From IMG/VR virus record IMGVR_UViG_3300033074_001668: DNA of 64,000 nucleotides; one strand, given 5' to 3'. The notes beneath the pieces are model-generated. The model did not search any database and was not told where the DNA came from. It worked only from the letters and a program-made list of their open reading frames with translations. Both the position numbers and the translations under genes were made by a program. This DNA is from an uncultured virus (IMG/VR IMGVR_UViG_3300033074_001668) (Duplodnaviria; Heunggongvirae; Uroviricota; Caudoviricetes). Below are positions 29,844 through 39,152 of this stretch, piece by piece; position 1 is the first letter of the stretch; each line of letters starts with the position of its first letter.

Positions 29844-31460
29844 TTACGCTGTTGTATAAATATCTTTTGTTGTATAGAAAATTGTAATAAATTCATTTAG
29901 CATTGCATCAAAATGCATAGCTTTAATTCTCTTAGAATCAATATCTTGATAATAAGCATTTAAACAATTTTTAATTGGAAGGAATATATCATCTTTTAAT
30001 AACTCCATAAATATGTAATCATAATTTAAAGAATAATTAGCTAATAATGTTTCCGTAATTGTCGTTCTAACTTTTTTAATATTTTGATCTTGATTTAAAT
30101 CATATGATAAGTACCATAATGCTTGTTTTGGTAATTGAATTAAGTACCCAATATACCATTTAATCCATTGAACCATATCATATTCAGTTCCAGAATCTCC
30201 AATAAAGAATGCTGTTCTCTTTGGTTCAAAAACTCCCATATAACAAGATAATTGAAGATTATTTAAAATCGTTCTAATACCTTTTAGTTTGTTATTTAAA
30301 ACAAAGTATTTTAAATCTTCATCCGTAAATGAAATTCTTTCATTTGTAAGAATATATTTACATTTATCAATAATATCCGATTCTTGAGCAGTTTCAAATT
30401 TAGATACCAATGTAAATCTTGTCATAAGAGCTTCATCGATCTTATGGATTTTATTAGTAGAAGCCAAGAATACAACATATTCATATTTTTCCATTAAACC
30501 ATTTTTTAACTCAGTTTGAGCAGCATCAGATAATCTATCGAACTCTTCTGCTATAACTATTTTTTGAGTACCAATTGGTTTCTTAGTAATCCACCCTTTT
30601 AATGCATCAACCGATTCAATTTTTCTATCTAAGAAAAATCTATCTGCAGAATTTTTAAGTACCGCATTCATTAGTACTATATTTGTAGTTGTCTTACCAA
30701 CTCCACCAGTTCCATAGAACATACAATTTCCAGCAATTCTACCTTTTGAAACGTATTCATTAATAGTTTCTTTAATAGTTGTATTTGGAAATAATATTTC
30801 TTCTACTAATTCTGGTCTATATTTTTCAAACCATTTTTCATTTGATTTTAAAATTCTTTTACTTATAATTGCATTTTGTACTGGTTCAATTAAATTTTTA
30901 AATGATGGACAAAATTTATAACTATCATTTACATAATTGTTTTCATGCAAATATGGTTCTTTAAGTAAAGCAATTTTATTCAATTGTTCCATTACTGTTG
31001 ATTCAAGTTCTCTCATTAAAGATAGATTACTAATTGCATCATCTTTATAAACAGCTGGAGTATTTTCTTGTACATTTTCTGGAAACGTCTCAGCTAATTG
31101 AGTACTAATTTTATCAACCGTTTCTTGTGGATAAAAATTTCCGGTATGAACAACTCCATCATTTGTTGTATATGTTTGTAATTTAGATTCTTGAAGAACT
31201 ACTTCCGTTGCTGGTTGTGGTTCTGGTTGAACCACTGGAGGAATTTGAGCAGTTATAGCATTTAGCCAATTTAAATACTGAGATTTAATATCTTCAACTT
31301 TCTTTTGATCATTATATAACTGCATTAAATAAGAATCAAGAATATATTTATCTATATCAGCTGGAGTCATTGTAGCTAAATTACTATCATACCAAGCTTT
31401 CAAAGTTTGCGTTGCAGCAAAATGATTATCTAAAAATGTTAATATTTTATAGTCTGGCAA
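29844..31460 (-). CDS. clamp loader AAA+ subunit (RFC/T4 gp44-like) with about 200-aa N-terminal extension
   Basis: WFEKYRP, Walker A YGTGGVGKTT, Walker B IAEEFDRLS, ALMTRF. Confidence 0.88.
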   Translation of the reverse strand: MPDYKILTFLDNHFAATQTLKAWYDSNLATMTPADIDKYILDSYLMQLYNDQKKVEDIKSQYLNWLNAITAQIPPVVQPEPQPATEVVLQESKLQTYTTNDGVVHTGNFYPQETVDKISTQLAETFPENVQENTPAVYKDDAISNLSLMRELESTVMEQLNKIALLKEPYLHENNYVNDSYKFCPSFKNLIEPVQNAIISKRILKSNEKWFEKYRPELVEEILFPNTTIKETINEYVSKGRIAGNCMFYGTGGVGKTTTNIVLMNAVLKNSADRFFLDRKIESVDALKGWITKKPIGTQKIVIAEEFDRLSDAAQTELKNGLMEKYEYVVFLASTNKIHKIDEALMTRFTLVSKFETAQESDIIDKCKYILTNERISFTDEDLKYFVLNNKLKGIRTILNNLQLSCYMGVFEPKRTAFFIGDSGTEYDMVQWIKWYIGYLIQLPKQALWYLSYDLNQDQNIKKVRTTITETLLANYSLNYDYIFMELLKDDIFLPIKNCLNAYYQDIDSKRIKAMHFDAMLNEFITIFYTTKDIYTTA

Positions 31461-31490
31461 GTAAAATCCTTTTTATAATTTATGCGTGTG

Positions 31491-31519
31491 AAAAATGGGA
31501 GAGTTTCCTCTCCCATTTT
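31491..31519 (-). terminator. intrinsic terminator
   Basis: ATGGGAGAG-GAAA-CTCTCCCAT plus T-run. Confidence 0.85.
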
Positions 31520-31521
31520 AT

Positions 31522-32838
31522 TTATTGAAAATCAAAGTCTTCAATACTCGAATCTATTAATTCTACTTTTTCAGTACAAATAATAGAAGAAGGATTGATA
31601 TTTGATACAGTTTGAATCCAAGTTGTATTATCATCTGCTTTTTTGAAGAATCTAATAATACAAGAGTCCATATTTGGAACTGGGAATGGATTATAACATC
31701 TATATTCATCTACCTCAATACTTGAATCTTGGAAGAAATAAGTAAAGTTTTTACCTACACCAATAGATACTAAACTATTATCATTTTTACTAAAACCAAA
31801 TCTAAATGGTTCGTCAGCACCAATAGCAGATTTACCAGCAATAATTGTTTTAATAATTTCTTTTTCCGCATTTGGAATTTCTTTTTGGAAAACTGGATTT
31901 CCTAAAAGTGGAGCTTTACCAAAACCTTCACCACTATCTGCAGCAAAATTTGTTTTAACTCTTGTTTGAACTTTACCATCTTGAACATTACAGAACATAT
32001 AACTATTTGTTGCTTCTTCTTTAAAGATTTGAACTAATTGTCCACCTTTAATAGTTTTTAATAGTTTTACTGATGTATCTGGAGCAGTTAAATTTAAAGA
32101 AATGTTTCCTAAAATATTTTGCATATCACAATGGATAAACATTCCATTTCTATGAGTATCAATTGTACCTTTATCAATTGCAATGATATCGTTATTACTT
32201 AACTCTTTAGCAATGAAATCTAGAATTGTTAGTAACGCAGACCAAACCGAAGTTTTACAATTTCCAATTGATTCTAATCCACCAAGTTTAATTGGTTCAA
32301 CTACTGCTTCAGCAACTGTTAATTGTACGCCAGCTTCTGGTGTCATAACATAATCTAAATCTAAACCATTTTGAATTACTTCACCCACAACTTGAGTTTG
32401 TGCAACTACCGCTGGAGCAACTGGCTGTTCAATAGCTGGAGCCATAGCAGGCATAACTGGTGCAGCTGGAGCTACTGGTTGTTCAATAGTTTGAGCTTGA
32501 GTTACTATTGGTTGTTCAATAGCTGGAGCCATAGCAGGCATAACTGGCTGTTCAATAGCTGGAGCTTGAGTTACAACTGGAGCTACCGGAGCAACTGGTT
32601 GTTCAATAGCTGGAGCCATAGCAGGCATAACTGGCTGTTCAATAGCTGGAGCCATAGCAGGCATAACTGGAGCAACTGGTTGTTCAATAGCTGGAGCCAT
32701 AGCAGGCATAACTGGTTGTTGTGCAACTCCCACTTGAGGCATAACTGGAGGAACCACCATTCCTGGCATTTGGCCAACTGGAGCTTGAGTTCCAGCAGCT
32801 AACATCGCTTGCATTAATTCATCTTGATTTACTGACAT
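31522..32838 (-). CDS. probable sliding clamp with N-terminal P/A/M/Q repeat region
   Basis: About 245-aa alpha/beta C-terminal domain of clamp size, directly upstream of the clamp loader; call rests mainly on context. Confidence 0.5.
   Translation of the reverse strand: MSVNQDELMQAMLAAGTQAPVGQMPGMVVPPVMPQVGVAQQPVMPAMAPAIEQPVAPVMPAMAPAIEQPVMPAMAPAIEQPVAPVAPVVTQAPAIEQPVMPAMAPAIEQPIVTQAQTIEQPVAPAAPVMPAMAPAIEQPVAPAVVAQTQVVGEVIQNGLDLDYVMTPEAGVQLTVAEAVVEPIKLGGLESIGNCKTSVWSALLTILDFIAKELSNNDIIAIDKGTIDTHRNGMFIHCDMQNILGNISLNLTAPDTSVKLLKTIKGGQLVQIFKEEATNSYMFCNVQDGKVQTRVKTNFAADSGEGFGKAPLLGNPVFQKEIPNAEKEIIKTIIAGKSAIGADEPFRFGFSKNDNSLVSIGVGKNFTYFFQDSSIEVDEYRCYNPFPVPNMDSCIIRFFKKADDNTTWIQTVSNINPSSIICTEKVELIDSSIEDFDFQ
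32410..32720 (-). repeat. coding tandem repeat PVMPAMAPAIEQ (36-bp unit, about 5 copies plus variants)
   Basis: Repeated GTTCAATAGCTGGAGCCATAGCAGGCATAACTGG on the + strand. Confidence 0.9.
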
Positions 32839-32868
32839 AAATTTTCCTTTTTTTAAATTGTATTATAT

Positions 32869-32880
32869 ATATCTATATTA
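32869..32880 (-). promoter_or_regulatory. motif copy TAATATAGATAT
   Basis: About 30 bp upstream of the 32838 start. Confidence 0.55.
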
Positions 32881-32905
32881 AATCCAAATAATATCTGAAT
32901 GGATA

Positions 32906-33418
32906 TTAATGAATTTGAATGATCACTTTATTTCCTTGTAAAGTGTCCATAGATGTAATTGGAAGAAAATCTGGAATTGCTTTAAATAGAATTTCAGAAT
33001 ATTTGTTGATATTTGAGTAAAAGAAATTACTTAAGAAATCCGATAATTCCTCATTTTTTACTTCAAACATTTTATTTAGTTCTTTTATATCGAACCCAAA
33101 TGTAATTATTTGATTAGTACTGTTATATTCAGTAACTAAACTAACAACCTCATCAACACCATTAATACGAATTTTTCTTTTTGTCATTAAATCTTCTGCA
33201 CAAAAATCCAATAATTGTTTCATTTGAGTATTATCAATTGAAACCATTTTAATTGTATTTTTCTTTTCGACGATTAATTCCCCCATTCCTTCAATTTTAT
33301 TAACTTCAAGAATAGGTGAGTTTACCATATTGCCAGTATGAACAACAGAAGATACTACCCCTTTGCTGCCATGTTCGTTTGATAATTTCGAACCCATTTT
33401 AATTTCGATATTACTCAA
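32906..33418 (-). CDS. hypothetical protein beginning with an RNAP beta region-H-like motif
   Basis: IKMGSKLSNEHGSKGVVS vs RpoB GDKxxGRHGNKGVVS; remainder unrecognised. Confidence 0.55.
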   Translation of the reverse strand: MSNIEIKMGSKLSNEHGSKGVVSSVVHTGNMVNSPILEVNKIEGMGELIVEKKNTIKMVSIDNTQMKQLLDFCAEDLMTKRKIRINGVDEVVSLVTEYNSTNQIITFGFDIKELNKMFEVKNEELSDFLSNFFYSNINKYSEILFKAIPDFLPITSMDTLQGNKVIIQIH

Positions 33419-33432
33419 TTTATATTCCTAAT

Positions 33433-35136
33433 TTAAATATTTGAAATGATACTTTTTATATGTATACAAATTTCAAGTTCTTTGGTTTTTTCAGATGCAA
33501 AGTCATCTTTAGCAATTTGGAAAAGGAACTTTCGTTGTTCTCCAGATTTAATTTGAGTATTAAAAAAGAACCACATAAATGGAACTCTTGACCCAAAACC
33601 ATCTTCAATAAAACCTTTCATGTGGTTCTTTAATTTTCCAATTAGTTTAACTTCTTTAAAAATCCCTTCGGTTACGAAAGCTGGTTTTTGATAACCCTCA
33701 CCAAATGGTTCAAATTTTTTAATCAATAAATATAAATCTGCCGAAACTTTATTGATTGGAAGTTTTCCTATTGCTTCAATTTTTGGACGATATGCTTCTT
33801 TTGGTATATCTCTAGTAGCACATTGTACATCCATCCAAAATTGTTCAAATTTTTCTCTTGGTACAGTAACACCACATGCAGCATTATGTCCACCAGATTT
33901 ATCTAGATTAATACAAGAACTTGATTTAACTATACCAAGTAAATTTATTTCTCCAACTGATCGACCAGAACCACTATAATATGTACCATCGTGGCTAAGT
34001 GTCATAACAATACTTGGTTTATTAAATTTTTCTGCAATTCTACCAGAACACGGTCCAAGAATACCTTTATGGAATCTTTCTCCCTGACCAGGAATAATAA
34101 TAAATGATTGTTCTAACCACGGAGCATAATTAGTACTTATTTCGGTATCTAAGGCTTCTTGTCGCTGCTTTCTATTTTCATTTAAATTTTGTAAATAACT
34201 TAACCATTGTTTAGCTATTCCATAATTTGGACTAAATAGATAATTTGCAGCATCTAAAGCATCCGCTAATCTTGCAGCAGCATTTATAGCTGGTATTAAT
34301 CCAAAAGATAAATCTTCCGCTAATAACTCTCTTTTTCCCTCAGTAAATACTTTAACCCAAGCTCTCTCAGACCAAAAGAATCTAGGTAATCCATATTTTA
34401 CTATGTACCTATTAATATTTCTAAGTGGCATAACATCTGAGATAGTTGTTAGAGTTAATTCAGCTATCATCATTTCGAACCAATAATCCCTAAATGATAA
34501 TTGCATCGTATTTGCAATAGCTTTAAAAAAATACCATACTACAAAAGTACCATTAATATTTTTATATGGGAATGGACAACCAGGTTGATGTGGATCAATT
34601 ACTGCTGTAGCATTTGGTACACCTTTATGTCCAGGTTGATGATGATCGGTGATAATTGTATATATTCCCATTTGATTACAAAGATCTACTGCAATATTAG
34701 CAGTAATACCATTATCAGCAGTAATTACTAAGTCTGGTTTAATTTGTCTATCTGTAATATTTTTAGGGATAAATCCATATCCTTCAGTTCGTTTAACTAT
34801 AATAAATTCAACATTAGTATAATTAAAATATTTAAAGAATTCGGTAAATACCATAAAAGTACCGACCCCATCGCAGTCACTATCGGAAACGCATAATATT
34901 CTTTTTTGATTTCTTACTGCCCATAAAAAAATATTTACAGCTTCTTTCATTCCTTTAAAAAGAAAAGGATCTGGAAACTGAGAATGATCAGTAATACTTT
35001 CATCACAATTTTCTGTTAGGTATTTTACCAAGAAGTCTTCATCTATTTGAGGCAATGAATTATAAACCCTTAATTCATTTGACTCCCCAAATCCCTCAGT
35101 TGGAACTTGATTTCCATATTTACCTATGATTGACAT
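33433..35136 (-). CDS. recJ: ssDNA-specific exonuclease RecJ
   Basis: DSDCDG, EGYG, TADNGI, TDHH, TISDVMPL, PAINAAARL, GSGRS, GGHNAACG, FEPFGEG. Confidence 0.92.
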   Translation of the reverse strand: MSIIGKYGNQVPTEGFGESNELRVYNSLPQIDEDFLVKYLTENCDESITDHSQFPDPFLFKGMKEAVNIFLWAVRNQKRILCVSDSDCDGVGTFMVFTEFFKYFNYTNVEFIIVKRTEGYGFIPKNITDRQIKPDLVITADNGITANIAVDLCNQMGIYTIITDHHQPGHKGVPNATAVIDPHQPGCPFPYKNINGTFVVWYFFKAIANTMQLSFRDYWFEMMIAELTLTTISDVMPLRNINRYIVKYGLPRFFWSERAWVKVFTEGKRELLAEDLSFGLIPAINAAARLADALDAANYLFSPNYGIAKQWLSYLQNLNENRKQRQEALDTEISTNYAPWLEQSFIIIPGQGERFHKGILGPCSGRIAEKFNKPSIVMTLSHDGTYYSGSGRSVGEINLLGIVKSSSCINLDKSGGHNAACGVTVPREKFEQFWMDVQCATRDIPKEAYRPKIEAIGKLPINKVSADLYLLIKKFEPFGEGYQKPAFVTEGIFKEVKLIGKLKNHMKGFIEDGFGSRVPFMWFFFNTQIKSGEQRKFLFQIAKDDFASEKTKELEICIHIKSIISNI

Positions 35137-35139
35137 AAT

Positions 35140-35913
35140 TTAACCTAACTTATGTGATTTTTTAATCTCATAATCATTTATATCATCCACACCAGCTTTT
35201 TCACCTTGAATTTGTCTTTCTAAGCAAGCTTCGCATTTTAAACACGGTTCATATAAAGTGTATCCGACATCTGGATGTTCTTCACTAAAATCGATACCAG
35301 TTACTTTTGGATTATAACAAGTCCAAGTATCTTTATATGGTACATCTAAATCAATTGCATCTTTTACAATAACTTCTTTGAAATCGTTTGCGTAAGGAGC
35401 ATAAACTTGACACTGAATTCCATCATTCAGTTTTAATACGTCATTTAGTTTTTCAACAAATGCTGGTGTAATATCCCAATAATCTTTTTTATAAGAATCG
35501 GAACTATGTTTATGAACACCAATACCAACGTATAACTCATCAATATCTTCAGTTAAGCAAATAATTTCACCAACCATTGAAGCCAATGAACTAAATACTA
35601 AATTTCTAAATGGAGTATAGAATTCTAATTCAGTCTTATCTTCAACTTTACCAGAATCTCTTATTGCCTGATATTGCTTTTTAATGCTACCAAGTAATTC
35701 TCCAATATTTAATTCGATGGTTTGTCTAATGTTGTCACCATATCTTTTTTTATAAATTGCCCATACTCGGTCTTGAGCAATACCTTCAATTATATTTGTT
35801 TGCCCATAATCAAAAGTAATTGGTTGTACTATCATTCCCTCAGCTAATGCTTTGGCAATCAATGTACTTGAATCCAATCCTCCACTATGAGATACTATAC
35901 ATAACTTGGCCAT
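35140..35913 (-). CDS. queC: 7-cyano-7-deazaguanine synthase-family protein (second QueC)
   Basis: SGGLDSST, FDYGQ, YTPFRNLVF, TWTCY…PCLKCEACLER. Confidence 0.87.
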   Translation of the reverse strand: MAKLCIVSHSGGLDSSTLIAKALAEGMIVQPITFDYGQTNIIEGIAQDRVWAIYKKRYGDNIRQTIELNIGELLGSIKKQYQAIRDSGKVEDKTELEFYTPFRNLVFSSLASMVGEIICLTEDIDELYVGIGVHKHSSDSYKKDYWDITPAFVEKLNDVLKLNDGIQCQVYAPYANDFKEVIVKDAIDLDVPYKDTWTCYNPKVTGIDFSEEHPDVGYTLYEPCLKCEACLERQIQGEKAGVDDINDYEIKKSHKLG

Positions 35914-35941
35914 TACGCCTCCTATTTTTGATTTGTAATAT

Positions 35942-35953
35942 ATTTCTATATTA
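35942..35953 (-). promoter_or_regulatory. motif copy TAATATAGAAAT
   Basis: About 30 bp upstream of the queC start; hairpin AAATCTC/GAGATTT at 35962-35981. Confidence 0.5.
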
Positions 35954-35979
35954 ACTATTAAAAATCTCTATATCGAGAT

Positions 35980-36882
35980 TTAAATAAAGTTTTGTGAAAA
36001 ATCAATACAAAACTTTATTATCTTATCAACATACTTTCTTGTTGGTTTATGAATAGTTGTAAGATGAGTTGGGTTTAATCCAAAATGTTCAAACGTTGGT
36101 ACCAACAATATATTCCACGATTTTGTAGCTTCAGACCAAATAAACAATTTGATATAAGATTGATGTCTATAACTCTCAGTATGAATTGAAATTTTAAATA
36201 TGCTAACTGGATTATTTTGATTTAAACTATGTAGTTTAAATACTATTGTTGTATCTAATCCAGAATTTGAACTAAGTTCTCTTAAATATGATTCGTAAAT
36301 CATTTCAACATTATTATCTGATTTCAAATCATCTTTAGAACAATTTATACAAAAATCATTAAGTTTATCAGTAGCATCAATTAAATCCAAATAATTCAGA
36401 TTATTGATTATATATTTCTCTTTCTCGTCATTGTAACAATTTGTAAGTATTTTAGCAAAGTTTTCAAATAATTTAAATAAATTTTTTAAAAATGGATTAC
36501 CATATCTAGAAAAATTTCTTAAGTAAAATTCACTACTTAATTCCTCTTCATGCATTGCGAAAAATACTAAATCCCCTGACAGATGTAATTCGTTTTTAAT
36601 AATTGGACTCCGTTTGAAGTCAGATAAAAAATCTACATCAAATTGAATCAAAAGATTATCAAAATATAATCCACTATCATAATAATTTAAATTAAATTGA
36701 TTAAATGGATTATATGAATTATACGTTCTTTCTTTTTTTAAACCAACTGCAGAAGCAATTATATTATGTAAATCCCCAATGTTATGTTGCAATGTTTCCA
36801 TTTTTTCCATTAATACTGGAATAACTTCATTTTTAAATTTTTTTGCCGAAATTGGTTTAGAAATCAACTTTTCTTGTTTCAT
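35980..36882 (-). CDS. hypothetical protein
   Basis: 300-aa ORF with GAGGA RBS. Confidence 0.7.
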   Translation of the reverse strand: MKQEKLISKPISAKKFKNEVIPVLMEKMETLQHNIGDLHNIIASAVGLKKERTYNSYNPFNQFNLNYYDSGLYFDNLLIQFDVDFLSDFKRSPIIKNELHLSGDLVFFAMHEEELSSEFYLRNFSRYGNPFLKNLFKLFENFAKILTNCYNDEKEKYIINNLNYLDLIDATDKLNDFCINCSKDDLKSDNNVEMIYESYLRELSSNSGLDTTIVFKLHSLNQNNPVSIFKISIHTESYRHQSYIKLFIWSEATKSWNILLVPTFEHFGLNPTHLTTIHKPTRKYVDKIIKFCIDFSQNFI

Positions 36883-36992
36883 TTTCTTTTCCTCGGATAC
36901 TTATAAAACTGATCAATATGATTTAACCATTTATCCATAACCGATTTATTTAATTGTTCTATTGCAATTGCCGCCATTATACTAATCTTCAT
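36879..36992 (-). CDS. small hypothetical protein (37 aa, below the ORF-track cutoff)
   Basis: MKISIMAAIAIEQLNKSVMDKWLNHIDQFYKYPRKRK; ATGA overlaps with both neighbours. Confidence 0.5.
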   Translation of the reverse strand: MKISIMAAIAIEQLNKSVMDKWLNHIDQFYKYPRKRK

Positions 36993-37417
36993 TTAATTCC
37001 TTCTCTTTGAATTTTATCGATTCCATCTTCAATTACTTGAATCATCTCTTTTAAAATTAAATCATTCTTATCTGAGATTTCTAATTTATAAGCATTTGCT
37101 TTTAAATAAGGAAATTCTAGATCTTCATTATCTGGATTTTCTTCCAATGTTTTCTCAATAAATTCATCCCTTTTTCTATTCCAAATGTCCGCAAATATTT
37201 TTGCTTCCATTTCGGTATTGAATGGACCTTGAATTCCTACTTCATGATTATAACTACCAGATGTAGTTATACCAACACACCATTGTTCTTTTGGAACAAT
37301 TTTATAGCCTTTATAAAAGTCTTCAATTAATTTCTTAGTTGAGTCTGTAATTTCTACATGTGACAAACCACTTGAATTAATATTCTCAACCGATTTAATA
37401 ATACCTTCTAATGTCAT
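36989..37417 (-). CDS. hypothetical protein
   Basis: ORF in a tightly packed accessory block. Confidence 0.65.
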   Translation of the reverse strand: MTLEGIIKSVENINSSGLSHVEITDSTKKLIEDFYKGYKIVPKEQWCVGITTSGSYNHEVGIQGPFNTEMEAKIFADIWNRKRDEFIEKTLEENPDNEDLEFPYLKANAYKLEISDKNDLILKEMIQVIEDGIDKIQREGIK

Positions 37418-37420
37418 TCT

Positions 37421-38056
37421 TTATCCTTCATTTTTAGCTTTCATGCTCATATTTAAAAAATTCATTTTCTCATAAATTTTATCCAATCTTTGATATTCTT
37501 CATTTAACTCTTCAGAATATTTAGTTATAAAATTTTTTAAAAAAATTATATTCATTTCTAAAAGCTGAACCATTATGCCACCACAAAAATCACTAGAAGT
37601 TCTTATTAAAAAATTTTCTCCAGATGAATGAGCAATTATATTTCGATATCTATTCAAAATTTTAATTACTTTATAATCTTCTATTGTATAAAGATTTAAA
37701 ATATTTTCTAAATTTTTAGAAATGGAGTCCCTATTTTTAAATACTATTCTAAATAGTATTTCGATAACTATTTGATGATTGATTATAAAGTCTTTATGTA
37801 ATTGATATTGCCTTTTAAAATCTCTCATTACTTTATCTAAGCCAGCTCTACTTGGTCTATTCTGACACTCAAAAATTTTATCTATTAATCGATTCAATTG
37901 TTTTAAAGATGCAATAGATTCTTCAGTAAATTTAAAATGAGTTTTATGAAATAATACCGTTTTGAGATTTAAATATGTATCATTATCATCTCTAAATGAT
38001 TTAGATTCTGCAAATATATTTTCAATGTCTTTTAATTTTTTGAGAGATAACGCCAT
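37421..38056 (-). CDS. putative HEPN-domain protein
   Basis: All-helical character; RxxxxH motif YRNIIAHS near the C-terminus. Confidence 0.5.
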   Translation of the reverse strand: MALSLKKLKDIENIFAESKSFRDDNDTYLNLKTVLFHKTHFKFTEESIASLKQLNRLIDKIFECQNRPSRAGLDKVMRDFKRQYQLHKDFIINHQIVIEILFRIVFKNRDSISKNLENILNLYTIEDYKVIKILNRYRNIIAHSSGENFLIRTSSDFCGGIMVQLLEMNIIFLKNFITKYSEELNEEYQRLDKIYEKMNFLNMSMKAKNEG

Positions 38057-38057
38057 T

Positions 38058-38639
38058 TTAATTTCCTTCTTTATTTAACTTACTTGCAGCATCTATAAAA
38101 GTTTGAATCTCTTCTTTTGTAGCAATTCTTGGTGCAGCAGAAACCCATTCATTATTACGTCCCTTAACATATGAATACGCTAAACTATCTTCATGAATAT
38201 TTGATTTAGTTAGAATAGTAATCGTACCATCTATAAAATCAATTCTATGTGGAATATTTTTTTCATGAAAATAAGTATCTCCACGAAAATATTCAAAACT
38301 ACCATTTGGTTTTAATATAATTGGATTTCTCTCTTTAACATAAGCATGTTCACCAGTAAGAATTAAACATTTATCACATTGAAACCATTCTTCTCGTACT
38401 TGATTTTGCAACCCATATTCAAAGAATATATTGTTTCTAATCTGACCCTGATAAATAAAACTTTGAAAGTCCCACGGATGTGTATGAATATCCGTAACAT
38501 TCGGAACAATAAAATCTTTTAACCAGATTTGTAATCTGGTATCTTTATCTATATAGGTTCTTAACATTCCAAACCCTTGAAGTTCCCATTCATAATTAAA
38601 TGGGTTCTCCATAACTTGTTTTACTATTTCATCATACAA
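38058..38639 (-). CDS. cupin-like protein
   Basis: DIHTHPWDFQSFIYQG … PHRID. Confidence 0.6.
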   Translation of the reverse strand: MYDEIVKQVMENPFNYEWELQGFGMLRTYIDKDTRLQIWLKDFIVPNVTDIHTHPWDFQSFIYQGQIRNNIFFEYGLQNQVREEWFQCDKCLILTGEHAYVKERNPIILKPNGSFEYFRGDTYFHEKNIPHRIDFIDGTITILTKSNIHEDSLAYSYVKGRNNEWVSAAPRIATKEEIQTFIDAASKLNKEGN

Positions 38640-38642
38640 TTC

Positions 38643-38855
38643 TTATCCTTTTTTATTTTTACTCTTTGTGTTTATTAAATCTATCTCTAACGATATCCGG
38701 GCAACTCCAATAAATAAACAATATAGTGCGCAAAATATAACAACCTTAAAAATATTATGATTATATCCATATGTTTGTAACCAATAGGTACAACCTAGAA
38801 ATACAAAGAATGTAATTAAAATGGTAATACCTAAAAAATTATAAACTTTTCTCAT
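38643..38855 (-). CDS. small membrane protein
   Basis: Two hydrophobic segments, basic C-terminus. Confidence 0.6.
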   Translation of the reverse strand: MRKVYNFLGITILITFFVFLGCTYWLQTYGYNHNIFKVVIFCALYCLFIGVARISLEIDLINTKSKNKKG

Positions 38856-38867
38856 TGCTTACACTTA

Positions 38868-39134
38868 CTAATTTAATGAATCTGGATCATATAAGAAGAA
38901 ATCGCAATCTTTAAAGTAGTCTTGTTCATCTTCATCTATATCTTCAAATAACGTGAAACCTTCTTCCCTATCAACAGATAAAACAACTAACTCCATTTCA
39001 CTATCATCTATGTTTGCTTTGATTCTTTCGATTGCATCACTTCTATTATCCGCAACCACACCAGCAACCCAAACCATATCAATTTCCGCATTTACTAATT
39101 TACCGAAGTAAATTTTATCTCCAACTTTTGCCAT
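38868..39134 (-). CDS. small acidic hypothetical protein
   Basis: GGAG RBS; 88 aa. Confidence 0.65.
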   Translation of the reverse strand: MAKVGDKIYFGKLVNAEIDMVWVAGVVADNRSDAIERIKANIDDSEMELVVLSVDREEGFTLFEDIDEDEQDYFKDCDFFLYDPDSLN

Positions 39135-39152
39135 TTTTTTTCTCCAAAATTT

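Noticed and set aside
29834..29896. Longer upstream starts in the ORF track (also 39978-40034, 43427-43468, 58876-58926)
   Set aside because: They overlap upstream genes; downstream ATGs have an RBS and give proper signal peptides or domain starts
32410..32720. Roughly 36-bp direct repeats resembling a CRISPR array
   Set aside because: In-frame coding repeats without unique spacers; no cas genes seen
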